Shown in pieces: positions 1-19,000 of a DNA stretch of 64,000 nucleotides. The stretch is from the human T2T-CHM13v2.0 reference genome, Homo sapiens, in NCBI RefSeq assembly GCF_009914755.1, contig NC_060947.1; one strand, given 5' to 3'. Under the pieces are notes generated by a model. That model was not told the DNA's origin, did no database searches, and saw nothing but the letters and a program-made list of their open reading frames with translations. A program made the position numbers and the translations under genes. The number at the start of each line of letters is the position of its first letter. The first letter of the stretch is position 1.

Positions 1-1064
1 GCTCCACCAACAGCCGGAGGTCTCTCAGGGCCCGCAGGCCACGTGGTGACCAGCACGGCGGCCCTGGGTAAAATCTTCCTCTTCAGTAACCTCCCCAAGA
101 AGACCGGCACCGGCTTCTGCTTCTCCCAGTCCCCACAGATGTCCTAGATCAGTGCCCCAGGTGGGGCTCCCAGCTCATCAAAGCCGTCGACCACGAACAG
201 GATTTTCTGTGCTTGGGCTAGGATGTTTGGAATGTCATCCTGCAATTCAGGCCAGTTCCTGAAGACCAGCTCTGCAAAACTGCACGGGCCCAGGCAGATG
301 AGCTCCTTGCAGGTGAGGTAGAAAGCCTATCTAAATTTCTGGCTGAGGTTGTCCTCTGCCCAGTCCAGCATTAATTTCTTGGCCAGCGTGGTTTTCCCAA
401 GGCCCGCAGGACCATGCAGCACCACCGTGTGTGGGCAGGGCCCGGGAAGCACCCTGGGGTTGCTGAACGGGATCAGCATCTTGTATCTCTGAGCCATAAT
501 ATGGACCACTTTGAGGTCTCCAGGCCAGGTTTTCCACATTTGCCAGAACTTCGTCTTCAATATACTCCTGTACCTATCCTCTTTACCTGGCTTTTCTCCT
601 TTCAAGACTTCTTTAGCTTCTCTTAGGCTGGTGACATCTTCCTCCGTTTCTATAAACTCTAGTGCTTCTGCTTCGAAACGCCCCAGCATTTGTTTCAGGT
701 CTATAGGTTTTGGCTCTTCTTTCCCTGTTTTCCCTAATGATACAGGCTTGATTTCAAAGTGTCTTCTCTGAGTTCATCCTTTACTTTCTCAGACAGATCC
801 GCTCGGTGCATCTTTTCAAAGACCTGGATGGTCTCTATCTTCATCCAGTAGCTGTGGCAATGGCTGGTGATGATTTCTGCCAGTTGCTTCCCATCAGCCT
901 TGTCTACCTATGTCTGGGGGATCTTTTGCAGCTCATTTCCCAGGGAGACGGTCCTGATCAGAGACTTGAACTTGCACAAGTCATCCTGGCTGAGCTGTCC
1001 CAGAAGAGCCTGCAGGTTGAAGTCCAGCTGTGCAGAAGACACCATCTCGTCTGACGTGGGAACT
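1..1064 (-). pseudogene. NLRP2B: NLRP2-derived retrocopy (NLRP2B/NLRP2P locus): PYD, linker and start of NACHT; continues off the left edge
   Basis: Minus-strand translation follows NLRP2 (PYD ...VDKADGKQL...; [16 protein letters not shown]; Walker [10 protein letters not shown]; Walker B region ILFVVDGFDEL) with no introns between PYD and NACHT. Lesions: TAG at 908-910, frameshifting deletion near 750, TAG at 327-329, TAG at 144-146, +1 frameshift near 35. Confidence 0.93.
908..1045 (-). CDS. NLRP2B: 45-aa truncated pyrin-only protein POP4, MVSSAQLDFNLQALLGQLSQDDLCKFKSLIRTVSLGNELQKIPQT
   Basis: ATG at 1045 in strong Kozak context (gagATGG), 45 sense codons, TAG at 910-908. Matches the POP4/NLRP2B peptide as I recall it. 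Too short to appear in the supplied ORF track. Confidence 0.88.
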   Translation of the reverse strand: MVSSAQLDFNLQALLGQLSQDDLCKFKSLIRTVSLGNELQKIPQT

Positions 1065-1107
1065 CTGATGAGAATTAAGGGAGGAATGGAAAGGGATGGT
1101 GAGTCAG
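1063..1107 (-). promoter_or_regulatory. Intron-type 3' splice site immediately upstream of the POP4 ATG exon
   Basis: Minus strand reads tgactcac (branch-point-like), catccctttccattcctcccttaattctcat (pyrimidine tract), then CAG|AG|ttcccacgtcagacgagATG. TGAGTCA (AP-1 consensus) overlaps at 1100-1106. Confidence 0.6.
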
Positions 1108-1188
1108 CAATCCTGTCTCAACCGAGTCCCCTCTGTGCCATGAACAAGGATACTCTCACCATCTACCTTGCTTCTTCAAGAACAAATT

Positions 1189-1384
1189 CCCAGCCTGGGC
1201 AACATAGTGAGATCTCTATCTCCATAAAAAATAAGTTAGCAGAGGGTGGTGGTGTGCACCCACAGTCCCAGCCACCCAAGAGGCTGAGACGAGAGGATGG
1301 CTTGAGCCTGGGAGGTTGACGCTTCAGTGAGTCTTGATTGTGCCACTGCACTCCCATCTGGGCAACAGAGAGAGACCTCATCTC
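1189..1384 (+). mobile_element. Old Alu (AluJ-like), 5'-truncated
   Basis: ccagcctgggcaacatagtgaga...gaggatggcttgagcctgggagg...gggcaacagagagagacctcatctc; AluJ-type diagnostics, highly diverged. Confidence 0.8.
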
Positions 1385-1693
<309 letters not shown>

Positions 1694-1821
1694 TTTATAA
1701 ATTAACAGATAACATAATTGCAATAAAAAATAAAGAATAGCTCAGCAAGTACACATGGCAGTGACAATGGACAAAAAGTTACCACCTGACACTTTACATA
1801 GATTGGATTACAAATAATATA

Positions 1822-3813
<1,992 letters not shown>

Positions 3814-3930
3814 TGTAAACCTAAAAGGAAGAGACTGAGGCCCAAAATATTATTTTGAGTTTACTTAGGCCAAAGTAAGAAGAGCAGCCCAGAAGACTCA
3901 CACTCAAATAACCTTAGGTATGAGTTACTT
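3814..3930 (-). mobile_element. 3' end (R/U5) of a 5' LTR, MER34-like; the remainder is displaced by an L1
   Basis: Minus strand ...agtaaactcaaaataatattttgggcctcagtctcttccttttaggtttaCA; polyA-signal-like AGTAAA and terminal CA adjacent to the PBS. Confidence 0.6.
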
Positions 3931-4945
3931 CTATGTCTTCTTTGGAAAAATGTTTTTTAGATCCTATGTTCATTTTTTCACTGGGTTATTTAACTTTATT
4001 GTTATTGAATTGTATGTGTTCCTTATATATTCTGGATATTCACTTCTTATCATATATATGCTTTAAAAATATATTATCCCAATATGGAGATTGTCTTTTT
4101 TATCTGTTGATTGTTTCTTTTTATGTGCAGAAGCTTTTTAGTTTAATGTAGTCCAACTTGTTAATTTTGCTTTTGTCTTCTTTGCTGTTGGGGTTGCACT
4201 AACAAATATCATTGACCAATGTCCCAGGCTTCCCCTTGGATTTTGTCAGTTTTAGGTTTTATATTTAAGTCTTTAGTTCATTAAAGGTATTTTATACATG
4301 GTATAAGATAATAATCTAATTCAATTATGTTGTTTGTGGAGATCTGGTTTTCCCAAGACAATTTGTTGAAGAGAGTTTGTTTTACCCATTGTGTGTTCTT
4401 GGAACCCTTGTCAGAGTTAGTGGTCTCTATATGTGTCAGTTTATTTCTGGTTTTTCTATTCTGTTTCATTTGTCTATTTCTCTGTTTTTGTGGTGGCACT
4501 TCACTTTCAGATTGCAGAAGCTTTGTTACATATTTTGAGACCAGGAAGTGTACTGCCTTCAAGAATTCTTCTTTTTCTCAAGAATTATTTGGCTACTCAC
4601 GGTATTTTGAAGTTTTATACTAACTTTAGAATTTTGTCTTCTATTTCTGTGAAATATTCTATTGGAATTTTTATAGGGATTGCATTCAGTTTGTATGTAA
4701 CTTTTGTAGCATGGACATTTTAAAAATAATAATCGTCTAATTCATGAACACTGGATATCTTTTGATTTATTTGCACCTCCATCAATTTCTTTCAGCAATA
4801 TTTATAGTTTTCAGTATAAAGGTCTTGTACCTCCTTGGTGTAATTTGCTTCTAAGTATTTTTATTATTTTTGTAAATGGGATTAAAAAATTTGTTTTGGA
4901 TTGTTCACTCTTACTGAATACAAAAACAAATAATTTGTGTATGCA
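3931..4945 (-). mobile_element. Old L1M (L1MA/MB-like) ORF2 fragment
   Basis: Diverged L1 ORF2 antisense motifs (gtgcagaagctttttagtttaatgtagtcc; gggattgcattcagtttgtatg). Confidence 0.75.
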
Positions 4946-5131
4946 TTCCTCAGTTTCTATTACCCAATAAATAATGTACAACATTCAACCAAAACATTAC
5001 AAGGCATGCAAAAATGTAACAACAATTAAAGTCTGAAGGAAAATGCAAACTTCAGAAACAGACTCTAAAAACCTTACAAATAAATATGATCGATATGGTA
5101 AAAGAAGATAAACAAAGGAGTCATAAAAATG
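4946..5131 (+). mobile_element. Old L1M ORF1/inter-ORF fragment; host of the L1PA at 5132, resumes at 11193
   Basis: ...ggagtcataaaaat joins ttcaattaaaccag... after the L1PA, as in L1MC/MD inter-ORF sequence. Confidence 0.55.
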
Positions 5132-11192
<6,061 letters not shown>

Positions 11193-11640
11193 TTTCAATT
11201 AAACCAGTAAAAGAAAAAAACAGGAGAGAAGAAAAGAAGTGCAAAGTGCAGAAAACAGTATCAAACATAGTTAATATCAATCCAACTATAAAAATAGTCT
11301 CTCTCTATGTGAATGTTCCAAATACACAAATAAAAAGAATAAAATTTTCCTATTGGATTAACAAAAACAAACTCAACAATATGTGATCTATGAAAAATTC
11401 ACATTAAATATGAATATTTAGAGAGATTAAAAGTAAAACAATGGAGAAAGATACATTATGCTAACACAGTTTACAAAAACCCAGAAGAGATATAGTAATT
11501 TCAAACAAAGCAGATGTCACAATAAGGAAAATTATTGGTAATAAAAAGCAACATGACCTAATGATAAAATGATCAATTATCTGATAAGACATAATAATTC
11601 AACTATTTGTATTCTTAACAGAGGATCAAAATACATGAGT
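11193..11640 (+). mobile_element. Old L1M inter-ORF region and ORF2 endonuclease start
   Basis: Degenerate EN-domain sequence (aaagtaaaacaatggagaaagatacattatgctaacac). Confidence 0.7.
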
Positions 11641-14472
11641 CCTTTTATTTATTTCTCTTGCCTAATTGCTCTGGCTAGGATTTTCAATACTATGTCAAAA
11701 AGTGGTGAGTGTGGACATCCTTGTCTTGTCTGTGACGTTAGAGGAAAAGCTTTCAACTTTTCACTGTTGAGATAGATGCTCACTATGGACTTGTCATATA
11801 TGGCCTTTATTGTGTTGAGGAAAATTTTTTCTGTACCAAATTTGTTGAGAGTTTTTTTTTTTTATCATGAAAGGATATTGAATTTTGTCAAATGTGATAT
11901 TGAATTTCGTCAAATGCTTTTTCTGTATCTATGGAGATGATCATAAAATGTTTGTCCTTCATTCTGTTAATGTGGTGTGCACCACATTTATTGATTTGCC
12001 TATGCTCAACTAACCCTGCATTCTAGAGAAAAAATTCCTACTTGATCATGTTGCATAACCCTTTTAATGTGTTGTAGAATTTGGTGTGTGAGTATTTTAT
12101 TGAGGATTTTTCCAACTATGTCTATCAGGGATATTATCCTGTAATTTTATCTTCCTGTAGCATCCTTGTCTGGTTTTAGTATCAGGGTAATTCTGGTCTC
12201 ATAAACCAAGTTTGGGAGGATTCTTCCAACTTTACTTTTTTGGAAGAGTTTGAGAAGAATTGATATTAGTTCTTCTTTAAATGTTTTGTAGAATTCCCAC
12301 CAAACAAATAGACAAATAAACAAAAAAGGGCCACGTGAGTGGCTCATGCCTGTAATCCCAGCACTTTGGGAGGCCAAGGCAGGTGGACCACCTGAGTTCA
12401 GAAGTTTGAGACCAGCCTGGCCAACATGGTGAAACCCCATCTCTACAAAAAATACAAAAGCAATCCGAGTGTGGTGGTGCATCCCAGCTATTCAGGAGGC
12501 TGAGACAGGAGGATATCTTGAACCCGAGGAGATGGAAGTTGCAGTGAGCTGAGATCATGCCAGTGCACTCCAGCCTGGGTGACAGAGTGAGACTCCATCT
12601 CAAATAAATAAATAAATAAATAAATACAACCCAAATAAATGTTTTATAGAATTCAGCCAGTCCAAGGCTTTTCTTTGATGAGACTAATTCAATCTTTTTA
12701 CTCATTATTGATCTATTTAGAGTTTCTATTTGTTCATGATTTAGTCTTGGTAGGTTTTATGTTTTTAGAAATACATCATTTTTTTCTAGGTTATACAATT
12801 TATTGGCATATAATTGCTTATAGTAGTTTCTTAAGATAATTTGTATTTCTCTGGTATCAGAAATAAAATTCATTGTAATAAAATATGAAGAAGTAAATTG
12901 TCTCTATTTTCTGTCAACATGATCTTATATAAAGAATGCCATAAGGACTCAACCAAAAAAATCTTGTTTGAATTGATAAGAAAATTCAGTAAAGTTGCAC
13001 AGTACAAATTCAACAAACAAACATCAGTGTCATTTCTGTATAGAGGTAATGAATCATCCAAAAAGGAAATTAAGAAAACAATCAAATTTAAAATACTCAC
13101 AAGAAATACATACCTAGGTGTAAATATACCAAGGATATAAAACACACATATACTGAAAACTATAAAACAAGGGTGAAAGAAACTGAACAAAATACAAGTA
13201 AATAAAAATATATCACATATTAATGAATTGGAAGAATGAATATTGTTAAAGTGTCCATACTAACCAATTAACCTACAGATTCATTGCAATCAGTATCAAA
13301 ATCCTAATGTCATTTTTTCACAGAAATAGCAAAAATAATTATTCTATTTATATGGAACTCACAAAAGAGCCAGAGTAGCCAAAACAATCTTGAGCAAAGG
13401 GAGCAAAGATGAAGGTTTCACACTTCCTGATTTCAAGACATATTTTAAAACAGTTGTAATAAAAAAAGCATGATATTGGCATTAAAAACAAACACGTTGA
13501 TCATAGAAAGAGAAGAGAGAGCCCAGGAACAAACCCACATATTTACAGTCAGTTAATTTTTAATGAAGCTACCAATATCACACAATGGAGAAAATAGTCT
13601 CTTCAATAAATTGTGTTGGAAAAACTGGATGTCCACATGCAGAAGTATAAAATTGGAAACTTGTCTCACATCATATAGAAAAACCAGCTCAAAATGGAGT
13701 AAATACTTAAACATAAGATTTGAAATGGTAAAAAACTACTAGGAGAAAACATAGGAAAAAACCCCATGATATTGGTCTAGGCAATAACTTTTTTATATGA
13801 CCCCAAAAGCATAGACAACAAAAGAAAAATAGACACATAGAATTATGTCACTATACAAAGCTTCTGCACAGCAAAGGAAATAATGAACAAAGTTAAAAGA
13901 CAACTCAGAGAATGAGAAAACATATTTGCAAACTATACATCCAACAATGAGTTATTTTATCCAGAATGCATAAAAAACTTTGATTAGCAAGAAAGTAATT
14001 GACTAAATCATAGACAAAAGACTTGAATACAACTTTTTTAAAAGACAAGCAAATGTCCAACAGACATATTAATAAATGCTCAGAATTACTAATTACCAGA
14101 GAAATGTAAACTAAAATGACAATGAGATATAACTACATACCTGTTAGTGGTTGACATTGAGGGTGTTGAGAGAGTGCATGGGGAGTGACATAATAGGGGG
14201 CTTTTGAACCAAAGGTACAAAGATTCAGATAAGTGGAAAAGTTTTGAGATATATTGCATATCATTGTGACTATAGTAAAAAATATTGTGTTGCGTATTTT
14301 AAAATTACTAAGACAGTAAATTTCAAATGCCTCACCATAAAACAAAAAGGATAGGTAAGTGAGGTGATTATGTTAATTAGTTTGATTTTGTTATTGTACA
14401 TTGTATACATATAACATCACATTGTACTACAAATATGTATACAATTATGATTTATCAATCAAAAATAATATT
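11641..14472. mobile_element. L1MA-type element with 5' inversion: 11641-~12860 minus, ~12860-14472 plus with 3'UTR
   Basis: The minus segment ends and the plus segment begins at the same ORF2 position (gaaataaaa... just before the EEVKLSLF motif). L1MA-type 3'UTR at 14150-14472. Confidence 0.7.
12328..12635 (+). mobile_element. AluSx-like element with (AAAT)n tail
   Basis: Both arms present; flanking direct repeat taaatgtttt(g/a)tagaattc at 12278-12296 and 12636-12654. Confidence 0.92.
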
Positions 14473-14544
14473 TTTTTGATTAACACCAAATAAAAATTTA
14501 TTTTTCACCCTTTATACATATTCATCATTGGTTGGCAGGTCAGA

Positions 14545-15257
14545 TTTTTTTTATTATTATGCTTTAAGTTCTAGGGTACATGTGCATAATGTGCAGGTTT
14601 GATACATAAGTATACATGTGCCATGTCGGTTTGCTGCACCCATCAACTCATCATTTACATTAGATATTTCTCCCAATACCCATCAACTCATCATTTACAT
14701 CAGGTATTTCTCCTAATGCTATCCCTCCCCCAGACCCCAACCCCACAACGGGCCCCATTGTGTGATGTTCCCCAACCTGTGTCCAAGTGACCTCAATGTT
14801 CAATTCCCACCTATGAGTGAGAACATGCGGTGTTTGGTTTTCTGTTGTTGTGATAGTTTGCTGAGAATGATGGTTTCCAGCTTCATCCATGTCCCTGCAA
14901 AGGACACAAACTCATCCTTTTTTATGGCTGCATAGTATTCCATGGTGTATATGTGCCACATTTTCTTAATCCAGTCTATCATTGATGGACATTCGGGTTG
15001 GTTCCAAGTCTTTGCTATTGTGAATAGTGCCGCAGTAAACATACGTGTGCGTGTGTCTTTATAGTAGCATGATTTATAATCCTTTGGGTATATACCCAGT
15101 AATGGGATGGCTGGGTCAAATGGTAATTCTAGTTCTACATCCTTGAGGAATCACCAAACTGTCTTCCACAATGGTTGAACTAATTTACACTCCCACCAAC
15201 AGTGTAAAAGCATCCCTATTTCTCCACACCCTCTCCAACATCTGTTGTTTCCTGACT
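14545..15257 (-). mobile_element. L1PA5-7-like 3' end
   Basis: T-tail, 3'UTR and ORF2 C-terminus (ORF 14800..15042); contains a 40-bp tandem duplication. Confidence 0.88.
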
Positions 15258-16060
15258 GTTTTTTTTTTTTTATAATTTAAGTTTCAGGTTACATGTGCAC
15301 AACCTGCAGGTTAGTTACATATGTATACGTGTGCCATGTTGGTGTGCTGCACCCATTAACTCGTCATTTAACATTAGGTATATCTCCTAATGCTATCCCT
15401 CACCCCTACCCCAACCCAAAAACAGGCCCCGGTGTGTGATGTTCCCCTTCCTGTGTCCATGTGTTCTCATTGTTCAATTCCCACCTATGAGTGAGAACAT
15501 GCGGTGTTTGGTTTTTTTTGTCCTTGTGATAGTTTGCTGAGAATGATGGTTTCCAGCTTCACCCACGTCCCTACAAAGGACATGAAGTCACCATTTTTTA
15601 TGGCTGCATAGTATTCCATGGTGTATATGTGCCACATGTTCTTAATCCAGTCTATCATTGTTGGACATTTGGCTTGGTTCCAAGTCATTGCTATTATGAA
15701 TAGTGCCACAATAAACATATGTGTGCATGTGTCTTTATAGCAGCATGATTTATAATCCTTTGGGTATATACCCAGTAATGGGATGGCTGGGTCAAATGGT
15801 ATTTCTAGTTCTACATCCCTGAGGAATCGCCACACTGACTTCCACAATGGTTGAACTAGTTTACAGTCCCACCAACAGTGTAAAAGTGCTCCTATTTCTC
15901 CACATCCTCTCCAGCACCTGTTGTTTCCTGACTTTTTAATGATCACCATTCTAACTGGTGTGAGATGGTATCTCATTGTGGTTTTGATTTGCATTTCTCT
16001 GATGGCCAGTGATGATGAGCATTTTTTCATGTGTCTTTTGATTGCATAAATGTCTTCTTT
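15258..16060 (-). mobile_element. L1PA4-like 3' end, 5'-truncated
   Basis: T-tail, 3'UTR tcgtcatttaacattagg, ORF2 C-terminus (ORF 15485..16093). Confidence 0.9.
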
Positions 16061-19000
16061 TATGGAGCCATGTTTATATATTGAAAGATTCAATATAGCT
16101 AGTTGCTAGGTTTTCCCACTTTATTTTATAGTGAACAAAATTTCAATCAAAATTCAGCAAGGTATTTTGTAGATGTTATCAGACTTATTCTAAAGTTTGT
16201 AGGGAAACGTCAAAGACCTAGACAGTCAACAGAATACTAAAGGAAGCCTAATTTAGAAGACTCAAGCTTCTCAACTTCTAGAATTACTATAAAACTAAAG
16301 TAATTAACAAACTGTGGTATTGGTGAAGGAGTAAATACATAGATCCATGGAACATAATACAGAGCTCAGATATACATGTGGACTCACACGAGCAGGGTAA
16401 ACCAATCTATGACAGAAAAGAAAAGAAAACTTAATAAAGAAAGAATAGTTTTTTCAACAAGTGGTGTTGAAAGAACTGGACATTCATGTTACAAAAAAAT
16501 GAATTTCAACAGATACATTACAATGTTCACACAAATTATGTTAAAATAAATCATATACTTAAATGTTAAATGCAAAATTATAAAACTACAGAATACAAAC
16601 AAGCAAAAATATGATTGGCCATAGGTTTGGTGATGAGTGTTAGATACAACACTAAGGTACATTTCAAGAAAGAAAAAAATTAATAAGTTGGACTTTACTG
16701 AAATTAAAAACATCTGCCCTGTGGAAGTCATTGTTAGCAGGATGAAAAGACAAGGCACAGACTAGGAGAAAATATTTATAAAAGACTTACCTGATAAAGG
16801 ACTTGTGGGCAAAATATACAAATAACTCTTGAAACTCAACAATAAGAAAATACACAATGCAAATAATAACTTGGCAAAAGACTCAAATAGGCACCTCACC
16901 AAGAAATGTATACAGATTTCCAATAAGCAGAAATGAAGTTCAATATTATTTGTCTTTAAATAATTGTAACTTCAAACTACCAAGTACCACTACACACCTA
17001 TTAAAATTACTACAATTTAAAAGCTGACAATCTCAAATGCTGGTGAGAATGCAGAGAAACAGGAACACTCATCCATTGCTGGTGGAAATGCAAAATAGTA
17101 CAGCTACTTTGGAAGTGAGTTTTTCAGTTTCTTACAAACCTAATCACAGTCTTACCATACAATCCATCATTCTCCTGAGTTTTTACTAATCGATTTGAAA
17201 AATATGTCCATGCAAAAACCTATATGTTAATGTTTTATGCCCACTTTATTATTAGTTACCAAGAACTGGAAGCAACCAACGTGTCTTCCAGTAGGTGAAT
17301 AGATAAACAAAATATGCTATAATTATACACTTGAATTCTTTTGATAAAAACAAATCTTGAGCTATGAAATCATGAAAAAAATGTGTAGGCCTTAAATTCG
17401 TATTGCTAAGTGAGAAAAACAGTCTGGAAGCCTACACGCTGCATGATTCGAATTATATGTCATTCTAGAAAAGGCAAAACTAGTAACTAAAGAAAGAAAA
17501 TATCGGTGGCTGTCAGGGGTTCAAGAGGAGGAATAATAGGTTAAATAGATGAGGCAAAATAAGCATTTTGGGATGTTACAAATATTCTGTATGGTACTGT
17601 AATGGTGGATATTATTATGTCATTATACATCTGTCAAAATCTGTAGAACTTGATATCACAAAGGATATTTATTAATGCATGCAAACTTTAAGTAATCATC
17701 GAGTTATGTGGAGGATCCCAGTAAGAAATGCAGTCTGTGATGAGAAACATTAACTCATATATATAATTATATATATATAAATTATATATAAAATATATAA
17801 AATATATATAAAATATATAAAATATATAATATATTATATATAATATATAATATATATTATATATAATATATATTATATATAATATATATTATGTATAATA
17901 TATATTAATTATATATAATATATATTATATTATATATAATATATATTATATATAATATATATTATATTATATATAATATATATTATATATAATATATATT
18001 ATATATAATATATATAATATATAATATAATATATATAAATTATATAAAATATATATTTTATATAGTATTATACATGTAAATTATATATTATATATAGTAT
18101 TATACATATAAATTATATATAATATAATATAAATAAATTTTTTATAATATATATAAATTATATATAATATAATATATATAAATTATATACTATATATAAA
18201 TTATACACTATATATAAATTATGTACAATATATAAATTATATACAATATATATAAATTATATAAAACATATATAAATTATATATAACATAGATAAATTAT
18301 ATATAATATATAAATTATATATAATAATATATATAAATTATATATAATATAACATATATAAATTATATATAATATAATATATATAAAAAATATATAATAT
18401 AACATATATAAATTAAATATAATATAATTATAAATTATATATAATAAAACATATATAAATTATATATAATATAATATTATATAATTTATATATAATATAA
18501 CATATATAAATTATATATAATATTATATATAATTTATATAATATTATATATAAATTATATAGAATATTATATATAAATTATATATAATATACCATATATG
18601 AATTATATATAATATAACATATATAAATTGTATATAATATAACATATATAAATTATATATAATATAATATAAAAATATATATAATATATAGTATATAATA
18701 TAATATATAAATTATATATTATATATTATATATAATATATATATAAATTATATATTACATATATTATATAATATAACATGTATATTATATGTAATATATA
18801 TTATATATAATATAATATGTATAAATTATATATAATATATATTACATATAATATAATATATATAAATTATATATAATATATAATATATTATATATTATAT
18901 ATAATTTATATATAATATGTATTATATATAATATATATAATATATTATATATAATATATATTATATATAATTTATATATAATATATTATATATAATATAT

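Noticed and set aside
327-689. 120-aa ORF with Walker A (GPAGLGKT) as an independent gene
   Set aside because: It is an internal fragment of the NLRP2 pseudogene bounded by a frameshift and a nonsense codon, has a weak Kozak context and lacks Walker B.
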